Below are positions 8,782 to 17,076 of a stretch of 20,000 nucleotides of DNA, piece after piece. The stretch is from positions 56,916 through 76,915 of IMG/VR virus record IMGVR_UViG_3300025676_000011; one strand, 5' to 3'. Under the pieces are notes generated by a model that was not told the origin of the DNA, did no database searches, and worked only from the letters and a program-made list of their open reading frames with translations. The first letter of the stretch is position 1. Each line of letters begins with the position of its first letter. The position numbers were made by a program, and so were the translations under genes. Source of the stretch: an uncultured virus (IMG/VR IMGVR_UViG_3300025676_000011) (Duplodnaviria > Heunggongvirae > Uroviricota > Caudoviricetes).

Positions 8782-10116
8782 ATGACTACACCTCAATTAG
8801 AGAAAGTATATTTTAATTACGTTGTAAGCAACAAGAAGTTTTTCGAGATCGTAAAACCGTTCTTCTTTAGGAATTCAGAAATCCAATTTGTTTATGGGGT
8901 AATTAGAAATTATATGTTAAGTGGTAAAGACCCTGACATTCCAAGCCCAAGACAAATATTAGATATGGTTTCTTTAGAAGATAAAGAAGGTAATATCACG
9001 AAAGATATTTTAAAATCAATACTAAAAGTAGATCTTAAAGAATATGATGAGAAGAATTTCATCGAACCTAATTTTAATGGTTGGGTACTTTCTAATAGGT
9101 TGAAAACTGGTACTGTTGATATAATAGATGAGACAAGAGGTCTTGATAATATATCTGATTTTGATAAAGCGATTGAAGCAGCAAATAGAATAAAATGTAT
9201 AGTTGATGATATGTCAAGTTTAAATTTTATTCAAGATGATGATTTAGGATCCGATTTTGATGATGCTGAAAATCACATACAAGATTCTTCCAAATTTAAA
9301 GTTAAATGTGGATTTGAGACAATTGATCATATGCTTGGTGGTGGATGGGACATTCAAACACTAAATGTGATAATGGCTGAAACTAATGGTGGTAAATCAC
9401 TATGGATGCAAAATTTTGCTGTTCATTCCGCTAATATGGGTTCTAACGTCCTATATATAACTATGGAAATGAGTGAGCGAAAAGTTATGAAGAGACTTGG
9501 TGCTATGAGATTGAAGATTCCTATCAATGATTATGATAATGTATCAAAGGATACTGATTTAATTAAAAAGAAAATAGCGGCTTTGAGTCAAACTGAGGGG
9601 GTTGGTGATATTTTTGAAAAGAGTGTCGGTAAAATTTATACTAAATTTTGGGCTGCTGGTACCGCGAACATTTCAGACTTTGATAACTATATTCAAAGAT
9701 TGAAAGAAAAGAAAGGTATTAAGATAGACATGATAGTTGTTGATTATATAACATTAATTGCTCCTATTAAAGGAATCGGATCTGATAACTTATACTCTAA
9801 AGGTAAACAATTAGCCGAGGGTCTGAGAGCACTGGGAGCTAAATATATGTGTCCTGTTATCACCGGTGTTCAAGTAGCTAAAGATGCTTGGGGATCATCT
9901 GATATAACATTAGAGAGTGTTCCTGAGTCTAAGGCGATAGCCGAAACTGCTGATACATTCTTCGCTATTATCAGAACGGAAGAAATGAAAAGACAAAACC
10001 TTTATAGGTTTAAGTTATTAAAACAAAGAGATGGTGATTTCTTAAAATCACAGATAAGGTTGAATTTGAATTCGACATATTTGACTCTTGAAAATGATCA
10101 ATTTATCGATCAATAA
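8782..10116 (+). CDS. dnaB: Replicative DNA helicase, DnaB / T4 gp41-like (SF4)
   Basis: GFETIDHMLGGG, Walker A AETNGGKS, YITMEMSE, Walker B IVVDY, ITGVQ, ESKAIAETAD and KQRDG. Confidence 0.92.
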   Translation: MTTPQLEKVYFNYVVSNKKFFEIVKPFFFRNSEIQFVYGVIRNYMLSGKDPDIPSPRQILDMVSLEDKEGNITKDILKSILKVDLKEYDEKNFIEPNFNGWVLSNRLKTGTVDIIDETRGLDNISDFDKAIEAANRIKCIVDDMSSLNFIQDDDLGSDFDDAENHIQDSSKFKVKCGFETIDHMLGGGWDIQTLNVIMAETNGGKSLWMQNFAVHSANMGSNVLYITMEMSERKVMKRLGAMRLKIPINDYDNVSKDTDLIKKKIAALSQTEGVGDIFEKSVGKIYTKFWAAGTANISDFDNYIQRLKEKKGIKIDMIVVDYITLIAPIKGIGSDNLYSKGKQLAEGLRALGAKYMCPVITGVQVAKDAWGSSDITLESVPESKAIAETADTFFAIIRTEEMKRQNLYRFKLLKQRDGDFLKSQIRLNLNSTYLTLENDQFIDQ

Positions 10117-10131
10117 AAATGAAAAAAATCT

Positions 10132-11034
10132 ATGATTAAAAAGAAAGATGAAGAATTCGATGATGAGTTGAATGATGAAATAAATGATGATGATAAATTA
10201 GACATCGTTGAAGAGTCGGGTGATGCTGAAGAGTCGGGTGATGCTGAAGAGTCGGGTGATGCTGAAGAGTCGGGTGATGCTGAAGAGTCGGGTGATGCTG
10301 ATAAGAAGAAAGAGGGAGATGTTCTTTTATCTAAACATAAAGAGGAAGGTAAACACGCATTGAAATATGACTCTATATTTAAGGGTAGTAAAAAAGAACC
10401 TTTAGCTGATGATGACTTTGATAGTTTTTCTGGATACTATCCAGATAGTATTGAGGTTGATAAATCATCACAATATCATTTTGAATCTATTGATAACGAG
10501 CAGTATGTTAGACAGAAGCAAGTTAAAGAAAGTGTTTATGATATTTTAAATGAACATACTAGTATAAATTTTTTGAATAATAGAAGAAAACCCTCTAAAG
10601 TTGATTTCAATAATTACTACGCTTTATTGAAATCACATCTTAAAGAAGAGAGTTTTACCAATATTGAATTGTTCAATGAGTTGTCTGTTTATTTTTCAGA
10701 TAATATATTTAATATGTTTAAGCTTTTAGATAACGAATGGAGAAATTTGATATTAAAAGAACTTGAAGACCATATTGGCAAAAACAAAAAATCAAAAGAT
10801 GTCATAAATCGTAATATTTATGAAGGAACTGAAATTGAATTCATGTGGGAAGATGAATTTGGTGATGATAAAGTAATAACAGGAGTTGTGTTGGAAACAG
10901 ATTATGAAAATTCATGTTACAAGATAGATTCTTATGAAAATATTTTCACGATTGAGCTAGATCAGATAACACAAATTTTAAATAATAAATTCAAGTATAA
11001 CTTAAATAAGTTAAACAACATAGACTTTTTGTAA
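10132..11034 (+). CDS. Hypothetical acidic protein with EESGDA repeats
   Basis: 300-aa ORF directly downstream of the helicase; low-complexity acidic N-terminus. Confidence 0.85.
   Translation: MIKKKDEEFDDELNDEINDDDKLDIVEESGDAEESGDAEESGDAEESGDAEESGDADKKKEGDVLLSKHKEEGKHALKYDSIFKGSKKEPLADDDFDSFSGYYPDSIEVDKSSQYHFESIDNEQYVRQKQVKESVYDILNEHTSINFLNNRRKPSKVDFNNYYALLKSHLKEESFTNIELFNELSVYFSDNIFNMFKLLDNEWRNLILKELEDHIGKNKKSKDVINRNIYEGTEIEFMWEDEFGDDKVITGVVLETDYENSCYKIDSYENIFTIELDQITQILNNKFKYNLNKLNNIDFL
10210..10299 (+). repeat. In-frame 18-bp tandem repeat, 5 copies
   Basis: Five perfect copies of GAAGAGTCGGGTGATGCT, encoding EESGDA. Confidence 0.97.
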
Positions 11035-11156
11035 AAATTTTTATAAAAAAAGATAAAAACTTTAATATAAAAAACCTTATAAAAATGAAATGTTGTACTT
11101 TTTAATGTAAGTAAAACATCAATATATAAAAAACAAAAAATAATTAATAAAAAGCA

Positions 11157-13700
11157 ATGATAAAAGTAATAAAAAGAAATGGGAAGAAAGAGCCGGTAAT
11201 GTTAGATAAGATTGTTGATAGAATAACTCAACAAACTTACAAACTAGACCAGAAGTGGGTAATTCCTTTTGACGTAGCTCAAAAAGTAATTGCTGGAGTG
11301 GCTCCTAATATTAAAACTTCCGTACTTGATAGATTAGCTATGGAAACTGCAGCGTCTTTGGCGACTAAACATCCAGATTATTCTATACTAGCAGCTAGGT
11401 TGGCTATAACAACCTTACACAAAGAAACTAAGAAGAGTTTTTCGGAGACAGTTTCAGACTTATATAATTATATTGATCCAAGAACAAATAGATTATCTCC
11501 TATTGTTTCTGATTCTTTTCAGAATATTGTAAATGAGCATAAGGGTAGATTAGATTCTGCTATTGTTCACTCTCGTGATCATAATTTTGATTATTTTGGA
11601 TTTAAGACACTTGAGAAATCATATCTATTGAAATTAAATGGTGTTGTAGCTGAAAGACCTCAGTATATGTATATGAGAACAGCAATACAAATTTGGGGTA
11701 ATAATATTGATAAGGTTATTGAAACATATAACTACCTATCAGAAGGATATTATACACACGCTACACCAACATTATTTAATTCCGGTACAGGTAGACCACA
11801 ATTATCTTCTTGTTTTCTATTAGATACCGAAGATGATTCAATTGAGGGAATATTTAATACTCTTAAAGAATCAGCTCAAATATCAAAGAACGCCGGAGGT
11901 ATTGGTATATCTTTTAATAAAGTAAGAGGTAAAGGAACATATATCGCTGGTACTAATGGTACTTCAAATGGTATTATTCCATTCTTGAAGATTTTTAATG
12001 AGACTGCAAGAGCTGTTGATCAAGGTGGGGGAAAACGTAAAGGTTCTATTGCTATTTATATGGAACCTTGGCACTCTGATATTATGGAGTTCTTAGACCT
12101 TCGTAAGAATCAAGGTAAAGATGAGATTAGAGCTAGAGATTTATTCTTGGCTATGTGGATGAATGACTTATTTATGGAAAGAGTTGATTTAGATGAGGAT
12201 TGGTCTTTGATGTGTCCACATGAATGTACTGGTTTGAATGAAACTTATGGTGAAGAATTCCGTGAATTGTATTTGAAATATGAAAAGGAAGGAAGATATA
12301 AGAAAGTTATTAAGGCTAGAGAAGTTTGGAATAAAATACTTGAATCGCAAATAGAAACTGGTACACCATATATCTTATATAAAGATGCTATTAATGAGAA
12401 ATCAAATCAATCAAATATTGGTATTGTTAGATCTTCTAACTTATGTGCTGAGATTGTTGAAGCTACTGGTATTACTAAGATTCAAAAGGAAGTATTGAAG
12501 AATAAAGAATTACTTGAGAGTTTAGATTTGGGTGAGTTTTATGGTAGAGAATATGTTAATGAAACTGCTGTATGTAACTTAGCGTCTATTGCTCTTCCAA
12601 AGTTTGTGAATAAGAATAAAACTTATAACCATAAGAAGTTATATGATGTGGCTTACAATGCTACTATTAACCTTAATAATGTTATTGATGTTAATTTTTA
12701 TCCATCAGAGGGTGCTAAATTTTCTAACCTATTACATAGACCAATTGGTTTGGGTGTTCAGGGATTGGCTGATGTTTTCTTTATGACAAACTTAGCATAT
12801 GATTCAGATGAGGCTAAAGAATTAAACAGAGAGATATTTGAAACGATTCACTTCGCGGCAATGAAAGCTTCTTGTGACTTAGCTAAAGAACAAGGACCAT
12901 ACGCTACTTATAAAGGTTCTCCGATATCAGAGGGTAAATTTCAATTTGATTTGTGGGGTGTTGTTCCGACAAAGAGATGGGATTGGGATAAACTAAGATC
13001 TGAGATTTTAGAATTTGGTGTGAGAAACTCATTAACTGGTTGTATAATGCCAACAGCATCAACGGCTAATATATTGGGTAACGAAGCATCTTGTGAGGGT
13101 CAAACTTCAAATATGTACACTAGAAGTGTTCTTTCTGGAACTTTCATTATGGTTAATAAATATTTAGTTAAAGAATTGGTTAAATTAGGAATTTGGGATG
13201 ATTCGTTAAGAAGAAAGATAATTTCTGAGAATGGTTCAGTTCAAAACATACCAGAAGTACCAACGAATATTAAAGAAATATTTAAAACTGTTTATGAGAT
13301 TAAACAAAAAGATGTAATTGATATGGCGGCTGATAGAGGAGCCTTTATTGACCAAACACAATCAATGAATATCTTTATGGATTCTCCGAATTTTGCTAAA
13401 TTAACAGCAATGCACTTCTACGGTTGGGGAAGAAGAAACTTTATGTTAGATGATAAAGGACAACCAATCTTACCAAAAGGTGAAGGTATCGAAATCGTTT
13501 ATGATGAAGATGGGAAACCAAGATTCTTTAGAGATAAGAAGTACTCACTTAAAACTGGTATTTATTATTTGAGAAATAAATCAGCAACGGATGCTGTTAA
13601 ATTCACTGTTCAAGAAGATAAGAAATCTATTGAGGAGCAAATGGATGAAATAGCTTGTTCGCTTGATAATCCAGATGATTGTTTGTCTTGTGGAGCATAA
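11157..13700 (+). CDS. nrdA: Ribonucleoside-diphosphate reductase class Ia alpha subunit
   Basis: ATP cone VIKRNG, HATPTLFNSG, LSSCFL, GGIG, QGGGKRKG, SNLCAEI, VCNLAS, RPIGLGVQG, MPTAST, tyrosine pair GIYYLR and C-terminal CLSC. Confidence 0.98.
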   Translation: MIKVIKRNGKKEPVMLDKIVDRITQQTYKLDQKWVIPFDVAQKVIAGVAPNIKTSVLDRLAMETAASLATKHPDYSILAARLAITTLHKETKKSFSETVSDLYNYIDPRTNRLSPIVSDSFQNIVNEHKGRLDSAIVHSRDHNFDYFGFKTLEKSYLLKLNGVVAERPQYMYMRTAIQIWGNNIDKVIETYNYLSEGYYTHATPTLFNSGTGRPQLSSCFLLDTEDDSIEGIFNTLKESAQISKNAGGIGISFNKVRGKGTYIAGTNGTSNGIIPFLKIFNETARAVDQGGGKRKGSIAIYMEPWHSDIMEFLDLRKNQGKDEIRARDLFLAMWMNDLFMERVDLDEDWSLMCPHECTGLNETYGEEFRELYLKYEKEGRYKKVIKAREVWNKILESQIETGTPYILYKDAINEKSNQSNIGIVRSSNLCAEIVEATGITKIQKEVLKNKELLESLDLGEFYGREYVNETAVCNLASIALPKFVNKNKTYNHKKLYDVAYNATINLNNVIDVNFYPSEGAKFSNLLHRPIGLGVQGLADVFFMTNLAYDSDEAKELNREIFETIHFAAMKASCDLAKEQGPYATYKGSPISEGKFQFDLWGVVPTKRWDWDKLRSEILEFGVRNSLTGCIMPTASTANILGNEASCEGQTSNMYTRSVLSGTFIMVNKYLVKELVKLGIWDDSLRRKIISENGSVQNIPEVPTNIKEIFKTVYEIKQKDVIDMAADRGAFIDQTQSMNIFMDSPNFAKLTAMHFYGWGRRNFMLDDKGQPILPKGEGIEIVYDEDGKPRFFRDKKYSLKTGIYYLRNKSATDAVKFTVQEDKKSIEEQMDEIACSLDNPDDCLSCGA

Positions 13701-13711
13701 CATATATAATT

Positions 13712-13749
13712 AAAAAAAAGGAGAAGATTTTTAACTTCTCCCTTTTTTT
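13712..13749 (+). terminator. Intrinsic terminator after nrdA
   Basis: A tract, GGAGAAG-loop-CTTCTCC, then a T tract. Confidence 0.85.
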
Positions 13750-13828
13750 GCTATAAACAATCCACCTTCGAAAAAAATGAAATTTTAGAGGTTGATATAT
13801 ACATATAGAAATTAGAAACGAATAAAAA

Positions 13829-13900
13829 ACCAGTAGTGATTTAAAGAGTTACTTCGAAATATAAATTCTAAAAACACACTCTTTGATAACTTCCTCTGGT
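13829..13900 (+). ncRNA. Candidate Ro60-associated structured RNA 1 (Y RNA-like)
   Basis: Closing stem ACCAG (13829-33) / CTGGT (13896-900); inner stem TTAAAGAGT (13841-49) / ACTCTTTGA (13878-86). Shares the TAGYGAT-N5-GAGWTACTTCGA motif with RNA 2 and lies upstream of the Ro60 gene. Confidence 0.6.
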
Positions 13901-13915
13901 CTATTATTATAATAA

Positions 13916-14129
13916 GCAAACATAGCGATAGTTTGAGATACTTCGAGATCTAAATGATCAACTATGAAAAAAAGTGATTAGCGACAGCGAATCTACCAAA
14001 ACACTATAAAGTAGTTGAGGTGAAAAAGTCCGAGTGACTACGTAAAGGTCAAAGTGAGATGGTCACTTAAACTATCGGCGAATATTCTCACGAATCTTCG
14101 TAGCGCTTCGGCTAAATTTTCTTGTTTGC
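13916..14129 (+). ncRNA. Candidate Ro60-associated structured RNA 2 (Y RNA-like, expanded)
   Basis: Closing stem GCAAACA (13916-22) / TGTTTGC (14123-29); 12-bp stem CGATAGTTTGAG (13926-37) / CTTAAACTATCG (14066-77). Internal stems are 13958-65/14011-18, a hairpin at 14078-14101 and a C(UUCG)G tetraloop at 14106-11. GC-richer than other intergenic DNA here. Confidence 0.65.
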
Positions 14130-14140
14130 AAATATTATAT

Positions 14141-14186
14141 AAAAGACCAGATTAACTACAAATGTAGAGAGTCTGGTCTTTTTTTT
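14141..14186 (+). terminator. Intrinsic terminator between the RNAs and Ro60
   Basis: AAAAGACCAGATT ... AGTCTGGTCTTTTTTTT with an inner CTACA/TGTAG stem; ends about 30 nt upstream of the Ro60 ATG. Confidence 0.85.
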
Positions 14187-14215
14187 GAATTAAAAATTAA
14201 ATAAAAATAAAAATT

Positions 14216-15667
14216 ATGTCAAAATTTAACACAACAATGCCAAAGGCAATAACAAAGACTTCCAATTTAGCTGGTGGGGAATCTTATTCACAATCTAATG
14301 AGTTAGTGTTGGTTTCGCTATTATTAACATCATTTGTTAATACTCAATTTTATAGAGATGGTGGTAATTCTTTAGTAGATTTGAAAAATATTTCTGAGAA
14401 GGTTAAGGATAAAGAGTTTGTTGCGAAAGCTGCTATATTTGCTCGTGACCGTTTCGGGATGAGAAGTATTACTCACGCTTTAGCTGGTGAATTGACTTCA
14501 CAACTTACTGGTCAAGAGTGGGCTAAGGATTTCTACGAGAAAGTGGTTGTTCGTGTTGATGATATGACAGAAATATTATCTTACTACTTAGAAAACAAAA
14601 CATCTAAAGATAATCCAAAGTTTCCAAATGCTTTGAAGAAGGGATTTGCGAAGGCTTTTGATAAATTTGATGGATATAATCTATCTAAGTATAAAGGTGA
14701 GAATAAGGAAGTGAAGTTAGTTGATATTGTGAACTTAGTTCACCCTGTTCCGACTTCTAGAAATAAAGAAGCGCTTGAGTCACTTATCAGAGGTGAGTTG
14801 AAAAACACACAAACTTGGGAAGCTAAGTTATCTGAAGCTGGTCAAAAGGCTGATTCTAAGGAAGATTTGGAAAAATTAAAATCAGATGCTTGGGGAGAGT
14901 TAATCTCAACTGGTAAGATTGGATATTTCGCTCTTTTGAGAAACTTGAGAAATATTATAACTCAATCACCTACTTCTATTAAGGAAGCTTGTGAGATGTT
15001 AGTTAATGAAAAGTTAATCAAGAAGTCAAGAATTCTTCCATTCCGTTTCGCTACGGCTTATGAGGAAATCAATAAGATTGGTTCTTCTAAGGATGTCAGA
15101 GATGTACTTATTGCTCTTAATCAAGCACTTGATATATCAGTAGCTAACGTTCCTAAGTTCGAAGGAGAAACACTTGTAGTTATGGACGTTTCAGCTTCTA
15201 TGAGGGGTATAGCATCTGACACGGCTTCTTTATTCGGTGCAATTCTATCAAAGGTTAATAACTGTGATGTTATGACATTTGCTAGAGAAGCTAACTATAT
15301 GGCATATAATCCAATGGATTCTGTGTTAACTATTAGAGATGGTTTTAGATTTGCTGGTGGTGGAACAAACTTTAAGTCAATTTTCACAACTGCTAACAAG
15401 AAGTATGATAGAATAATAATTCTTTCAGATATGCAAGGATGGGTTGGTTATACTACACCATCTGATGAATTTAACCAATATAAGAATATGTTTGGTGCTA
15501 CACCATTCGTTTATTCTTGGGATCTCGCTGGGTATGGTACATTGCAGTTCCCAGAAAATAATGTCTTTGCTTTAGCCGGATTTTCCGATAAAGTATTCGA
15601 TATTATGAAGTTGATGGAGGTCGACAAAAAGGCTCTCTTCAATGAGATAAAGTCTATCCAGCTTTAA
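14216..15667 (+). CDS. rsr: Ro60 / TROVE-domain ribonucleoprotein with C-terminal vWA domain
   Basis: NLAGGESY, ARDRFGMRS, TWE, ALLRNLRNI and LPFRF TROVE motifs; vWA MIDAS DVSASM, GGTN, LSDMQ, and GFS near the C-terminus. Confidence 0.93.
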   Translation: MSKFNTTMPKAITKTSNLAGGESYSQSNELVLVSLLLTSFVNTQFYRDGGNSLVDLKNISEKVKDKEFVAKAAIFARDRFGMRSITHALAGELTSQLTGQEWAKDFYEKVVVRVDDMTEILSYYLENKTSKDNPKFPNALKKGFAKAFDKFDGYNLSKYKGENKEVKLVDIVNLVHPVPTSRNKEALESLIRGELKNTQTWEAKLSEAGQKADSKEDLEKLKSDAWGELISTGKIGYFALLRNLRNIITQSPTSIKEACEMLVNEKLIKKSRILPFRFATAYEEINKIGSSKDVRDVLIALNQALDISVANVPKFEGETLVVMDVSASMRGIASDTASLFGAILSKVNNCDVMTFAREANYMAYNPMDSVLTIRDGFRFAGGGTNFKSIFTTANKKYDRIIILSDMQGWVGYTTPSDEFNQYKNMFGATPFVYSWDLAGYGTLQFPENNVFALAGFSDKVFDIMKLMEVDKKALFNEIKSIQL

Positions 15668-15668
15668 C

Positions 15669-15698
15669 AAAAACACACTTCTTTGAAGTGGGTTTTTT
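15669..15698 (+). terminator. Intrinsic terminator after Ro60
   Basis: AAAAACACACTTC-TTT-GAAGTGGGTTTTTT (one mismatch). Confidence 0.75.
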
Positions 15699-15732
15699 GT
15701 TTTAATATATACAAAAAAGAAATATAAATATT

Positions 15733-16032
15733 ATGGCTATTAAAAAATTTAATGAAGCTTGGGATGAGAATTCTGGTGAGTATGTTGATTACAATGGATA
15801 TATAGATCAACACGGAGAATTTGGTGATATACATGATTCTTTAGGATCGAGTAAATATGGTGTGGGTGAGTTTAATAATATGATGGCTGAGTTAAATGTT
15901 AATGAAAATGAATTACCACAAGAATTGATTGATATGATAGAAGATATCAGAGGTGATTTAGGTGGAATCAAAGGTAAAATAGTAGATTTATTCTCGGCCT
16001 TAACAAAAGAAGATATGTCATATTTAAAATAA
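15733..16032 (+). CDS. Hypothetical protein with MAIKKFNE leader
   Basis: 99-aa acidic ORF preceded by TAATATATA (15703-15711). Confidence 0.8.
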   Translation: MAIKKFNEAWDENSGEYVDYNGYIDQHGEFGDIHDSLGSSKYGVGEFNNMMAELNVNENELPQELIDMIEDIRGDLGGIKGKIVDLFSALTKEDMSYLK

Positions 16033-16355
16033 TGAAACATTTGAAAACATTTAATGAGGGAAATTTACCAGAAAGAGAGGTAGTTTTTACTAATAAGAGA
16101 AATAGACATATGGTTTTTTCTGTGTTTAAAACTCCTGATGGTAAAATAACAAGAATCGAAAAATTACCAAATATTAGATTCCCTTTTCAAGTAGGTCAAC
16201 TATTTAATAGAACTATTGAAGTATGGGCTTGTAATAATAATTACCTAATGGATGGTAAAGATACTTGTCCTGAGAAAAAGATTATGGGTATGAGAGCTTC
16301 TGATATACCAAAGGGTCATGAACTAAGACACATATTCCCACATAAATTCAAATAA
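16032..16355 (+). CDS. Hypothetical protein with MKHLKTFNE leader
   Basis: 107 aa; TAATG overlap with the previous ORF. Confidence 0.8.
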   Translation: MKHLKTFNEGNLPEREVVFTNKRNRHMVFSVFKTPDGKITRIEKLPNIRFPFQVGQLFNRTIEVWACNNNYLMDGKDTCPEKKIMGMRASDIPKGHELRHIFPHKFK

Positions 16356-16375
16356 TAAAATTAATATATAGAATA

Positions 16376-16660
16376 ATGAAACATTTAATAAAATTTAATG
16401 AGGGTGTTATAGGTAGAAGTGATGATGATTTTGATCCACCTAAATCTAAGTGTCCTAGTTACGAAGAAGCTTTAGAAAAAATGTGTAAATATATAGCAGA
16501 TCAGATATACGGTGATTATATGGATGGATCTATGAATCCTAGTTATGATGGTCAGTCAGGTTGTGAAGATACATTATCAATATTATATGGTGTTAGTAGG
16601 AAGAAGGTACGTAGGGATGTTGATACTATCATCGAAGAATACAGAACAGGAAAAAGATAA
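16376..16660 (+). CDS. Hypothetical protein with MKHLIKFNE leader
   Basis: 94 aa; preceded by TAATATATA (16362-16370). Confidence 0.8.
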   Translation: MKHLIKFNEGVIGRSDDDFDPPKSKCPSYEEALEKMCKYIADQIYGDYMDGSMNPSYDGQSGCEDTLSILYGVSRKKVRRDVDTIIEEYRTGKR

Positions 16661-16668
16661 TTATAATT

Positions 16669-17076
16669 ATGAAATATTTAAGAAAATTTAACGAAGAATT
16701 AGAGAGTGAGGGATTAGATACTATCAATGATTTGAAAGAAATATTTGAAAATGGTATTAATGTTCCGGTATTCTTAGAAGATTTATTATCTGGTACAGGT
16801 ATTATACTTGTAACAACAGAGGGTAAGGTATTTGAAAAATCAAAATCAGGAGAATGGAAAGAATATGAATCACCAGAAGCATTTAAAAATGAGACAGGTG
16901 CTTCTTTGGACGAAGAATATGTAGGTAGTAAAAGTCAACAATTGTTGAATTTAATAACTGGTGCCGATGGTGAGTATGATGGTATTGATGATTATAGAGT
17001 AGGTTATATAGAATCAATTTATTTTGATGATGAGCCAACTGATATGTTAAAAAAATTATTAAGAAATTATGATTAA
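16669..17076 (+). CDS. Hypothetical protein with MKYLRKFNEE leader
   Basis: 135-aa acidic ORF in a tightly packed cluster. Confidence 0.8.
   Translation: MKYLRKFNEELESEGLDTINDLKEIFENGINVPVFLEDLLSGTGIILVTTEGKVFEKSKSGEWKEYESPEAFKNETGASLDEEYVGSKSQQLLNLITGADGEYDGIDDYRVGYIESIYFDDEPTDMLKKLLRNYD

Noticed and set aside
10210..10299. Possible CRISPR array
   Set aside because: Contiguous 18-bp units without spacers, in frame within a CDS.
13829..14129. Canonical tRNA genes (TTCGA motifs)
   Set aside because: No cloverleaf: TTCGA is not in a 5-bp T-arm next to an acceptor stem, and there is no D-arm or CCA end.
13916..14129. Group I intron or known ribozyme
   Set aside because: Not inside a gene, and I could not identify group I P7 or hammerhead (CUGAUGA/GAAA) cores by eye.
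15807..16040. 77-aa minus-strand ORF
   Set aside because: Antisense shadow of 15733-16032.
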